From Octopus sinensis (Eukaryota), in assembly GCF_006345805.1 (NCBI RefSeq), contig NW_021833988.1, positions 1-59,131 on the forward strand: 59,131 nt of DNA, in the 5' to 3' direction. Under the pieces are notes generated by a model, which worked only from the letters and a program-made list of their open reading frames with translations, was not told the DNA's origin and did no database searches. Positions 37,138-48,250 of this stretch are shown in pieces. Each line of letters starts with the position of its first letter. The first letter of the stretch is position 1. The translations under genes were made by a program, and so were the position numbers.

Positions 37138-37329
37138 TCCAAAAACTGCATGACACAGACTTTCCGTTTAGGAAAAGCCCGAATACTTTAACTTAATCAG
37201 TTGCTGACCCTTAACAAAGGTCAAACATAACCGCCCCATAAACATATATATATACACACACGCGGGCGCACACAGTCTACATGTATTGAACATGCTTTCT
37301 CATTTATACGATTGCATGTGTGTATATAC

Positions 37330-37558
37330 TGAAACTGAAAGAAGCCCGTTATATATATATATATATATATGTCCTCCCAACATCGCTTGACAACCGATGC
37401 TGGTGTGTTTACGTCCCCGTAACTTAGCAGTTCGGCAAAAAAGACTGATAGAATAAGTATCAGTCTTTAAAAATAAAAATATAGGAGTCGATTCGTTCGA
37501 CTAAAATTCTTCAAGGCGGTGCCCCAGCATGGCCGCAGTCTAATGACTGAAAGAAGAA
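37330..37558 (+). mobile_element. SINE family B, 3' half
   Basis: gaaactgaaagaagcccg...cttgacaaccgatgctgg...ccccagcatggccgcagtctaatgactgaaa. Confidence 0.85.
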
Positions 37559-37623
37559 AACGATATATATATATATCTCTGGCCATGTTTCCCTCTCCTT
37601 TCTCCATCTGTTTTCTCTTATTC

Positions 37624-37659
37624 TTTTCTGTGGAAGAGCAACGGCTCGAAATGTCAAAG
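37624..37659 (+). ncRNA. Degenerate minimal hammerhead motif (A6U)
   Basis: tttt-CTGTGGA-a-gagc aacg gctc-GAA-ATGT-C/aaag. Stems I and II are intact; core A6 is replaced by U; stem III ATGT likely derives from ACGT. Confidence 0.45.
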
Positions 37660-37823
37660 ACACCCATTTTTCCAGAGCATCAAAGTTATACGTTTAGTTT
37701 GTTGTTCTTTTGTTTTTTTCTTTTTTTGTAAAATGTTGAACTAATATATAACCACATGTGGACTGTTGGCGTTTTTTTATTTCCTCCGTCTTCCTTTTCT
37801 CTTAGACTTTCTTCTATCTCCTA

Positions 37824-37856
37824 TTTCTGAAGAAGAACTTTGCTCGAAACGTAAAA
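37824..37856 (+). ncRNA. Minimal type-I hammerhead motif
   Basis: ttt-CTGAAGA-a-gaac ttt gctc-GAA-ACGT-A/aaa. Intact core, extra A after A9, one mismatch in stem II, palindromic ACGT stem III, weak 3-bp stem I. Confidence 0.55.
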
Positions 37857-39046
37857 CACCCTTTCTTGCCTTCTCTGAACGTCTTATTAATATACTGCAT
37901 ATATCACGTTCTCGCGTTGTTGTTTTTTCTTGTCCTTTTTCTCCGTTTTTTAATTAATCATATATATATATATATATATATATATACTCTACACACACAC
38001 ACACTCCTTTATATATATATATATATATATATACATGTGTGTGTGTAAAGTACTTTACACTGTAAGTAGCCAAATAAACTGTAATATCAGATGGGAATTA
38101 AGGAAGTTTTACCAAAATACGCACCATCTGAAGGAACCAGCCTTGGCATTTTGCATGGAGAAATTTGGTATCGGCTTGGATATTATATCCCTCCTCTTAT
38201 ATATAATTTTATTATGGTAGTTTTTACTTTAAGAGTCCCTCCTCGCGTGAGGCATTTATGTATAATAATGCCCTTAATATAAATAAACATATTTAAGAGG
38301 AATAATTGATGGATTTTTCCCTTATGAGGTTTTTCACGCTAACTACTTAATACATTCTTATAAAGATGTTATCCTATTTTTAAATTGTGTGTGTATATAT
38401 ATATATATATATATACACATATATATATACACGGTAGCATAACTGTTTCAGTTGTAACTTTGAAATGACTGCTTGTCTTTGTTGTAAAAAAGAAATGTCC
38501 TCTACTTGAGAGTATTGACATGTCCTACAGTTTAATGTTAAATTGTGCTTTGATACGTAACTTGAAACAAAAACAAGCATTGTGTGTGTGTGTGTGTGTG
38601 TGTTATAAAAAATAAACATTTTAGGCTACACCCCTGAAAAGAGGTCACGTGGTTGATTGACATTGAAGTGTCTCATACTCAACACATCTGCAACACCCAA
38701 TAATTCACTGCTGCGATTATGTTCATGCTTTTTTTCTTTTTTTTTTTACCACCGCTACGATATCGTCTGCTCCTCTCAGAAGAACTAACTGTGAAGACAT
38801 CTTTTTACTCACCGAGATATTTCATCTTCATCCAACCCATCATTCACCACTTCCACCGAACAGTAACCATTTCGAATTCCGTTTTAAATAAAACGTCAAA
38901 TTTAATAAACAGCATATATATATATATATATATATTATATATTATATATAGAAATAATTAAGATTCAGTGAGAGGCACCACCAAATCTGTCCAGTATTGT
39001 CTGCACAGCTCGAAGTTAGATGAATAAAAAGCAAATAACAAGGATA

Positions 39047-39279
39047 TCCAGCTATCAGTGCATTACGGCCGTTTCAAGCGGCTCCATTTAATTGATCAAT
39101 GTAATCATTACATCAATTTGAAATAAACTGCTCTCCTCGGAATTGGACGACCATATATGTTGGAAATGTATATGCTAGTACGCATCCGAGGAGAGCGGTT
39201 TATTTCAAACTGGTGTAATGTTTGCAGTGATCGATTAAATGGAGCCGCGTGAAACGGCCGTAATGCACTGATATCTGGA
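39047..39279. mobile_element. Fold-back element with about 95-bp imperfect inverted arms; family shared with 49858-49966
   Basis: Arms 39047-39141 and 39185-39279. Both contain GAAACGGCCGTA (palindromic stem-III-like) but no recognisable CUGANGA core. Confidence 0.8.
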
Positions 39280-39295
39280 CATTTTTATTATTTCC

Positions 39296-39359
<64 letters not shown>

Positions 39360-39365
39360 AATATA

Positions 39366-39890
39366 TCTATATCTATAAAAGGCAGGGGTGGGGTGTACGT
39401 GAATGTACTTTATGCACGTCCACAAATTAGCACACATGTCGCTCCAATTTTAGGATGACATTGGTCACGACCATGGCTTTTTTGGTCAACTTATTTTTCC
39501 CCGAGGCACCACCGGATAGCGGTAAAGATCGATTTTCATCCACAACTTTTTCCAATTTTCACGTCGGTGAAATTCGTAAGTTTGCTAACATGAGTTAAGT
39601 CCCCTGTCTTGCATGTAGATTAATTCACCCAACTACAATTCCCCCGAAAAAAAAAAAAAAGATTTGGGCTACCTAAGCAATCTCAGCGTAGGAAAAGAGA
39701 AAGAGCTGAAGAGATTGACTATTAGCGAATCCTTCAGTAAAATATAACTTTATGGGTCGAAGCCTGACAAGAGCTTGCGGATATTCCGCTACAAAACATT
39801 CAACAATATCGAAGCAGTAACTTTCATAAATCAGGGAATCGTTTTTGAAGGCTCTTTCTGAACCCAGTCAACGACGGGTATTTCTGCTAG
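39366..39890 (+). mobile_element. Complete non-autonomous Helitron (about 525 bp)
   Basis: Starts a|TCtatatctataaaa; ends with hairpin accc(a)gtc-aac-gacgggt (39862-79), 7-nt spacer and CTAG|t. Inserted between A and T with no TSD. Confidence 0.8.
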
Positions 39891-39989
39891 TAAAGTATGT
39901 GTGTGTGTGTGTGTGAATATATAAAGTGTGTGTGTGTGAATATATATACAGTATGTGTGTGTGTAAATATATATACAGTATGTATGTGA

Positions 39990-40020
<31 letters not shown>

Positions 40021-40224
40021 GTGTGTGAATATATACAGTATGTGTGTGTGTCAATATATAAAGTATTTGTGTGTGTGTGTGTGTGTTTGAATATATACAG
40101 TATGTGTGTGTGCGTGTGAATATATATAGTGTGTGTGTGTGTGTGAATATATATATAGTGTGTGTGTGAACATATAAAGTGTGTGTGTGATATATAAAGT
40201 ATGTCGTGTATGTGTGTGAATAAA

Positions 40225-40270
<46 letters not shown>

Positions 40271-40609
40271 ATAAAGTATATGCATGTGTGAATATATAAA
40301 GTGTGTGTGTTTGTGGGAACGTGTACATGTGTGAATGTGTGTATGTGTGTACAAAACTGAATGTACCACATAATATTTAATGATAATTTGGTTATTTAAT
40401 CTGTTCCTCTTACGACAAAAATGAAAAAAAACGTGACCTTTCACTAACATCTCAACATCATCAACTTACAAACAAATATGGCCGCCGTTACTTATGTTCT
40501 ACGCGGTTAACGTATCGTGAGAGTGACTGCAATGGGTTTTTTTTAATCATTTCCCTTTTGAATATTTTTTGTTATTCGTTTTCACTGTTTTATCTCTAAT
40601 TCATATTAA

Positions 40610-41310
40610 AGTTCAATACATCGATTCCAGTGTTCAACTGGTACTTAGTTTATCGACCCTGAAAGAATGAAAGTTGATATTGATGGAATTTGAGCTCAGA
40701 ATGTAAAGAGCCGGAAGAATTGCCGCTAAGCATTTCGTCCGACGCCCTGATTCTACCGGGTCGCAGCCTTTTAAGAATAATAGTTTCAAATTTTGCCACA
40801 CGGACAGCAATTTTAGGGGACATGGGTAAGTTGATTACATCGATCTAAGTGCTCAACTTCGACTTATTTTACCGACACCGAGCGAATATGAAGCAAAAAA
40901 AATAAGGGGACGAGTCGACTGCATCAACCCCAGTGTTCAACTGGTATTTTATCGACCCCTAAAAGTTTCATCCGAATTCATCCAGTAGTTCTTAAGATAT
41001 CTTGTCCACGGACAATCACGCGTCGGAAAACAATACCTCCGCCTTCACTAAGGTGGCGGTAATAATTTCAAATTTTGGCACAAGGCCAGCAATTTTAGGG
41101 GACGTGGGTGATTTGATTACATCAATCCAAGTGCTCAACTTCGACTTATTTTACCGATACCAAGCGAATATGAAGCAAAAAAAATTAAATTAAAAATAAA
41201 AAAATAAAAATAAATCTCGGCAGATTTTGAACTCGGAGCGCAAAGATCCGGATGAAATGCCGCTAAGCATTTTTGCACGATGCTCTAATAATTCTACCAG
41301 CTCGCCAGAA
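40610..41310 (-). mobile_element. Cluster of partial SINE-A copies
   Basis: Repeated reverse-complement segments (ggaatttgagctcagaatg; gcagattttgaactcggagcg; ccgctaagcatt). Confidence 0.8.
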
Positions 41311-41496
41311 CTTGTTTCGCGCAATTATTGAATCGGTTGTCCAGTATGGGATTTTCCACCCACCAGAAGGCAATAATAATATTAGCGAGAAAATTAAAAT
41401 TATTATTAATGTTACGTTGTCTGTTAACTCACGTTAGCCCCAAGTGAGCTCACATTTTAACTGGGTCTTAAAAGTTTTTTTAGAAATATATATATA

Positions 41497-41536
<40 letters not shown>

Positions 41537-41999
41537 TTTATTTATTTATTCATTATTATTAGATTTATTATTTTTTATTTTTGGGGCTCCTATCAATTAA
41601 TTTGTTGGTCGTTTCGTTTTAAATGATTAAACGGATATAAAGTGTTGTCATTGCTGCTGCTGCCGCGGCTGCTGCTGCTGTTTTTGTTGTTGTTGTTGCC
41701 GCTGCTGCTGCCTCAGCTGTTATTCTTCCTGATGTTGTTGTTCTTCTTGTGGTTGCTTATTAGCTAAAAACACATTAATTAGGATAATGAATCTTTCTTC
41801 GTGATCACCTTGCAGGCAGCTGCTGCTGTTTGCTAAGGTCGTTGTACTGTGTGTGTGTGTGTATCTATGTTTGTATGTGTTTATATATACACACATACAC
41901 ATATACACACACATATACACATACATATATACACACATATATATATACACATATACGTACACACATACATACACACACATATACACACTCACACATATA

Positions 42000-42340
42000 A
42001 ACTCACACACACATTCTCACACACACTCTCACATTCTCACACACACTCTCACACACACTCTCACACACACTCTCACATACACTCTCACATACACTCTCAC
42101 ATACACTCTCACACACACTCTCACACACACTCTCACACACACTCTCACACACACTCTCACACACACTCTCACACACACTCACACACACTCACTCACACAC
42201 ACTCTCACACACACACACACACACTCTCACACACATACACACACACTCTCACACACACACTCACACACACACACACACTCTAACATACACTCATGCACAC
42301 ACATACATGCATATACACACACACACACACACACACAAGT
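42000..42340. repeat. (CTCTCACACACA)n 12-bp minisatellite
   Basis: Direct reading; translates to CESV/THSH repeats. Confidence 0.95.
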
Positions 42341-43007
42341 ACACGCGTATGTATTTATAAGCAATAGATAAGGTGTCAAAGGAAATATCGCTAACAAGGC
42401 ATTTTACGATGAGTGCTCAGACCCAATCAGCGTTAACCGGCGGGATGCCGGATTCACGAAAACAAGATCCGTTTACCGGCAATAATGATATGGTCGGGCT
42501 GGCGTAGGTCTAATAAAGCGAAATAGCAACTGGCAGATACTGTGAGGGATCGAATCAATTTGTCTTTTACTTTTTACAATAATTAAACTGCGGCCATGCT
42601 GGGGCAACACCTTGAAATATTTTGAATTTTTTTGTCGAACGAATCAACTCCGGTACTTAAATTTTTTTTTATATTTATTCTACCGGTCCGTTTTGCCGAA
42701 CCGCTAAGTTATGTGGACGTAAACACACCGACATCGGCTGTCAAGCGGTGGTGGGACACACATACACACACTTGCATACACACGTACATAAACACACATA
42801 TATACACATCTTTTCCTTCCTTATTTATCGTACTTTTTCCTCCTTGGTTGTAACGAGTGTGTGTGTGTGTATTATCTGTATGTCTGTTTCAACCCAACTC
42901 TGGTTTATAACCGGTGTTACTATGTTTACGTCGCGGTAACTTAAAAGTTTTTGATAATAATTACTGAAACTTCTCTCTCTCTCTCCTCTCTCTCTACATA
43001 TATATAT

Positions 43008-43049
<42 letters not shown>

Positions 43050-43102
43050 TTAAAATTACTAAGTCTCTCTAAAAGAGATTACGGCAGCGTTCCTGGAAAT
43101 TA

Positions 43103-43542
43103 ATAGTTATCGCCATACTAATATGGCATTCTTATAAAAATAAGAATAAAGCTGTCCGCTTATTAGCTCCATGAGGCCATCGCCTTAAGTTAGCTATTCG
43201 ATACACAAACTGTATCCATATAACCTTCGAACAAGGGAGGTCAGTCGCTCCACACTACTTGACCGACAGCTACAGACGCGTTTCAGGGTATTTGCCCTTT
43301 GTCAATGCAGCGTAGTCAGACCCAGTAGGTGTCGCTTCTGACTATCTGTTCGAATACCTTGAAACGCGTCTGTAGCTGTCGGTCAAGTAGTGTGGAGCGA
43401 CTGACCTCCCTTGTTCGAAGGTTATATGGATACAGTTTGTGTATCGAATAGCTAACTTAAGGCGATGGCCTCATGGAGCTAATAAGCGGACAGCTTTTTT
43501 CTTATTTTTATAAGAATGCCATATTAGTATGGCGATAACTAT
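43103..43542. mobile_element. Young fold-back element with 190-bp near-perfect inverted arms (Penelope-like inverted terminal repeat)
   Basis: Arms 43103-43292 and 43353-43542 differ at 2 positions by eye. The 60-bp spacer has an inner tagtcaga/tctgacta repeat. (TA)n lies directly on the right and about 60 bp to the left. Confidence 0.95.
43269..43311 (-). ncRNA. Minimal type-I hammerhead ribozyme with compensated U3-A8 core
   Basis: Minus: GCTGCA-TTGACAA-AGGG caaata CCCT-GAA-ACGCGT-C/TGTAGC. 6-bp stem I, 4-bp stem II, palindromic ACGCGT stem III, GUC cleavage (between 43275 and 43274). Confidence 0.8.
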
Positions 43543-43887
43543 ATATATATATATATATAAACATTGACCATAGAACAAACATCAAATTCGAGTCAATGAC
43601 TTTATATGTAACACCATGCCTCCAAACATTTGATCATATATGAATATTACCATGGCTCTTAAACGCCCAAAGTATACGTATATAAAAACACAGAAGGTAA
43701 AAGATATATATATATGCGAATAAAGATGCAGATATATAGAACGGCCCATCATGAAGGTGTATACAATCGACTAAAAATTCTAAAGCGAGTCATGCTACTA
43801 ATAATCTAAATAAAATATCAATCGACTAAAAAAGTTTTCTTACTCTCCTCAAACAAGAATACTAAAAAAAGTTCATTTTCTAAAACC

Positions 43888-44210
43888 ATGTGATCGTTAC
43901 CTGCGTCGGTGATCGTTACCTGCGCCGCCTTACTGGCACTTATGCTGGTGGCACATAAAAAGCACCATTTGAGCGTAGCCGTTGACAGTACCGCCTGACT
44001 GGCCCTATTGCCTGGTGGCATATAAAAGCACCCGCTACACTCTCGGAGTGGTTGGCGTTAGGAAGGGCATCCAGCTGTAGAAACTCTGCCAGATCAAGAT
44101 TGGGCCTGATGCAGCCATCTGGTTCGCCAGTCCTCAGTCAAAATCGTCCAACCCATGCCAACATAGAAAGTGGACGTTACACGATGATTGTGAGGATGAG
44201 GAGGATGGTA
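43888..44210 (+). mobile_element. RTE-type 3' tail / RTE-tailed SINE
   Basis: ...ggttggcgttaggaagggcatccagctgtagaaactctgcc...gtccaacccatgccaacatagaaagtggacgttacacgatgat, an RTE-like 3' end followed by a degenerate (GAT)n tail. Confidence 0.7.
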
Positions 44211-45030
44211 GGTTGGAGTCCATTTGCGAGTAAATCTATCTATATAATATTCACTTTTATTCTTTTACTTGTTTCAGGCAATTCACTGCAGCCATGCTGG
44301 AGCACCGCCTTGATATATATATACACACACTTACACATACGTGTGTGTGTGTGACTGTGTTTTCCTTAATGCACGTTTTCTGCCAAATAGAGTATTCATC
44401 TTAGCAATAAGCTTCGGGTAAATAATAGTTTTCTCTCGAATAGGCTTCTTAATTTGCTGTTCCGTAACTTCGGCAGCGTGTTGTCAAAGAGCAAACAAAA
44501 CCGCCAAAATGAAATCACGATTAGGGTGAAACTATTCCCATAAATAATATCCATTTGAAGAATGGTGTGTTTTGCATGAAACTTGATAGTGGGAAATTAG
44601 GTTTTATTTATCGACTATATTACAATATATGTAGGTGTGTGCGTGTGTGTGTGTGTGTATGGATAGATGTATATATATATGTAATGTGTGTATACATGTG
44701 TATATGTGTATATATATATATGTGTGTGTGTGTGTATGTGTGTGTGTACATATGTGTATGTGTATATATATATGTGTGTGTGTGTGTATATATGGGTGTG
44801 TGTATATGTGTGTGTGTGTATATGTGTGTGCGTATATATATATGTGTGTGTGTATATATATATATATGTGTGTGTGGTATTTGTGTGCGTGTATATATAT
44901 GTACATATGTGAGTGCATGTGTGTCAATGTGTCTATATATAATATATATATTAATATATATATATATACACACACATAGGCGTGTATATGTGTGCATGAA
45001 TATACAAGTGTCTCGGTGTATGTGTGTGTG

Positions 45031-45065
<35 letters not shown>

Positions 45066-45132
45066 GAATATATATGGAGGTGGTGGGGAGAAATCTAGAT
45101 ACGTGCATAGATCTACACACGCATATACACAC

Positions 45133-45193
<61 letters not shown>

Positions 45194-45302
45194 GAGCTTA
45201 TATTTCTACACGTGTGCATTTGGGAGTGTGTTGCACTGCCTGCACGTCTGATCAGATTACAATAGAATGAGATTTGCAAACAACGAGCATTGCTTGCATA
45301 GA

Positions 45303-45341
<39 letters not shown>

Positions 45342-45512
45342 GCGGATTTCGTCCTTCCTCACGTTCTGAATTCAAACTCCGCTGAGGTCGACCTTGCCAT
45401 TCATCCTTAGGGATCGATAAATTAAGTACTCTAATGGACTGGCCCTCTCCCCCAGAATTTCAGGCCATTTGCCTATAGTAGAAAGGAGGATTATTATTAT
45501 TATTATTATTAT

Positions 45513-45562
<50 letters not shown>

Positions 45563-45619
45563 ACATTTCACCCGTCTTTACTTTCTGAGTTGGCCGCGAG
45601 GGGCAGGTAATTTTTCTTT

Positions 45620-46045
45620 GTCTAGTGGCTGTAGCGAAAGAGGTATAGTATGGTGTACCCTGTTTGAAAAGGGCTAAAAGCAGACACTTTCCCCCTTTGG
45701 GCAAGCCCTCATCAACTTTTCCAAGGAAGTTGAGGGTGGAGAGGGAAGTGTTGCCTTGTCGCAAGTTTGTTGAAAGGTGGGTGAATGTGGGAAGAATGGC
45801 CAGTGCGAAAGGACCAATTCTGAGCGTACACCTGTACAAAGAAAAAAAAGGCTCTTGCCTTGTTGTTCAGGTACCTGTGGCTTTTATGGGTTTTTCCATG
45901 AGGACCTTAAAGCGCCTCCTATTTGGAGTTTTTAATTGTTATATTGTTTTCATGATGTAAAACCCTTTGTATCGTCCTGTTTTTGTCATATGTTGTATGT
46001 CATTTCATGTTTTTTGTATGTGAGCCCTTGTGGCTACTAAAAGAA

Positions 46046-46079
<34 letters not shown>

Positions 46080-46080
46080 T
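45620..46080 (+). mobile_element. Tx1/L1-clade LINE 3' end, frameshifted
   Basis: Pieces translate LVAVAKEV..W/CTxLKGLKADTF..LINF..RKLRVEREVL..KFVERWVNVGRMA, resembling the Tx1 ORF2 C-terminus. 3' UTR ends in an (ATT)n tail. Confidence 0.65.
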
Positions 46081-46084
46081 TATT

Positions 46085-46119
<35 letters not shown>

Positions 46120-46312
46120 CCCTCGTGTATTTTGTGTCTGTGACACACTTCCACCCAACCACATGGAAAGGAATACCATGTTAAAATATGCAAAATAATT
46201 CTCGGGTGTCAAAACTGAATTGGTTCAATGATTATATTTATTAGTACCAGAGTCGGTAGAGTGCTGGGGCAAATATAAATTACCATAATTCTTTTTGAAG
46301 GGCGGAATAGTA

Positions 46313-46424
46313 TATCTCGAAGCACATGCATAGAGCTATAACTACTAACATGTAAAAATCCCAAAGGAATTTCCAGCCCAATATTAGTATGCTATTTATA
46401 GCTTTATGTGTATGCTTCGAGATA
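46313..46424. other. Isolated about 110-nt hairpin
   Basis: tatctcgaagca (46313-24) pairs perfectly with tgcttcgagata (46413-24). The stem extends to about 32 bp with 2 mismatches and G-U pairs. Confidence 0.7.
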
Positions 46425-46452
46425 GACAATTCCAAAAGAATTATTTCTCTCT

Positions 46453-46517
<65 letters not shown>

Positions 46518-47359
46518 CTGGGGTCGGTTTGTTCCACTAAAGGCGGTGCATGGCTGCAGTCAAATGACTGAAACAAACAAACAAAAGTACAGGATTAACC
46601 GAAAGGTGAAGGTCTGCCATAGCTTCAGATTAACCCAAGCCTCAATAGACGAAAACCGCACGAAGCTATTTGGATAGATTACCCTTCTTTCCTGGTGAAG
46701 TAAATCTGTCGCTCGTTGGAGCACCACAACCCGGTCAACCCCTAGGTTGTCTTTAGCGGACTTCACTTTGTTAGAAGCTTTATAATCAGAATACAGTTTC
46801 CGTATCATTAGCATTTTTCTCCTTCACTGGTCTCGGAGGTTCTGCCCTATTTTTTCTTTCTCTTTTTTTTCCTTGACTGGGACATTTACAAAATATTTTT
46901 TTTTATAAAAGCATCACCACAATGAGTTAACTTCATTAGTATCGTATTTCATGTTTTCGTCACTGACTGTTGATCAAATATCACGTATATATTTTCTTTT
47001 TGGGTGATTATAACTTAACTTTAGTATTTGTAACAAATGTTGTTTGCATTAAAACCTTTGAATATTTCTTAATTCTGGTTTGGGAATATTATTTTCGCCT
47101 TATGCTTAATTCAGTAAAAGTAGACAACGCGAGGAAAGTTTAAGAAATAAGCTTAACACACCACCCGTAGCCCAAAAGTCTTGCCCAGTACGAGATTACT
47201 ACTTATGCATTGAAAGTATATCTCTTTTCTACACTCGGCACAAGAGCTGGAAATTTTGGTGGAGGGCGCCAGTCGATTAGACCGACCCATTACACTTGGG
47301 TTCATTAAAAATCCCAATTCAAGGAAGAACCTACGGATTGGCACTAGGCTAGACTTATC

Positions 47360-47480
47360 GCCAGGGAAGATCTGGGAACAATAGTGGCTCAGAGATGGTT
47401 CCATTCTCCTCAAAACTCTGGAACTCCTGTATTAGGGGCCTCCACTACCAGATGCAGTTTAGTCTTACCCAGGGATTCCC
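47360..47480 (+). mobile_element. Second copy of the repeat at 34520-34630
   Basis: gatctgggaacaatagtggctcagagatggttcc...ccagatgcagttttagtcttacccaggg. Confidence 0.6.
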
Positions 47481-48019
47481 TTACAGCCAAAACACTTTCG
47501 GGCAGGTATTGATCTACAGTTATTTAAGCTTTCGACCATATCCAGCTCCTTAGTCTGAAATAATGTATTTAAAAAAAGGATAGAAAGCAGAAGCCCTTCT
47601 TTCCCAACAGAATCCAGGTTGCCGAACAGATCAGTGGGTTTCCCAGAAGAAGGAAAGGGTTTTCTTGACCTCATTTTTTCTCTCTTCCTTCCTTCTTTTC
47701 TCTCCTTCGTCATTGTAAACCGTGACTCGTCTTCAGTGTTGTTGCGATCGTTGATATTTTTATTGCTAGTGTTGTTGTTGTGGTCAGCCCTGATCGGTTA
47801 GACATGATTCAAGACACTCCAATAGTGACCATAGTATTTTTCCCTATAAACAGGCAATCTGGGATTTCATTAAAAAAAAAAAACCTTCCCGTGTCTACAA
47901 CAGTAAAATGTGATTTCAAGTCATTTTGGTTGCTGTTTCTAGCATAAGCTATGACTACGTAGAGGCTTCCTAGAGATTTCCTTAATAGTGTTTTCAAAAA
48001 AAAAAAATTAATCAAAGGT

Positions 48020-48250
48020 CCTTCCTGAGCCCGAGGCTCATAAAGCCAATTTTCCGGATTATGCGGCATGTATATTCCCTCCTGGACATGACGCCAGTCC
48101 ATCGCAGAACTACTCATCTATGCCAGCTAAGTTGTGTTCAGCAACGTGATATGAACTGTTTTGCTCATGAACACAACGCATCAAGTCTAAGAATTGAACC
48201 TCCAATCTTAAGATCACAAGAACAACATTCTAATCACCAAGCTAAACGTC
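48020..48250 (-). mobile_element. Diverged SINE-C-like copy
   Basis: ttttgctcatgaacacaacgca...gaattgaacctccaatcttaagatcacaag...ctaatcaccaagctaaacg on plus (reverse tRNA head). Confidence 0.7.

Noticed and set aside
43338-43376. Plus-strand hammerhead in the right arm (CTGACTA...GAAACGCGTC)
   Set aside because: Position 8 is U and does not pair with C3, and there is no stem II or stem I partner. Only the 3' half is duplicated.
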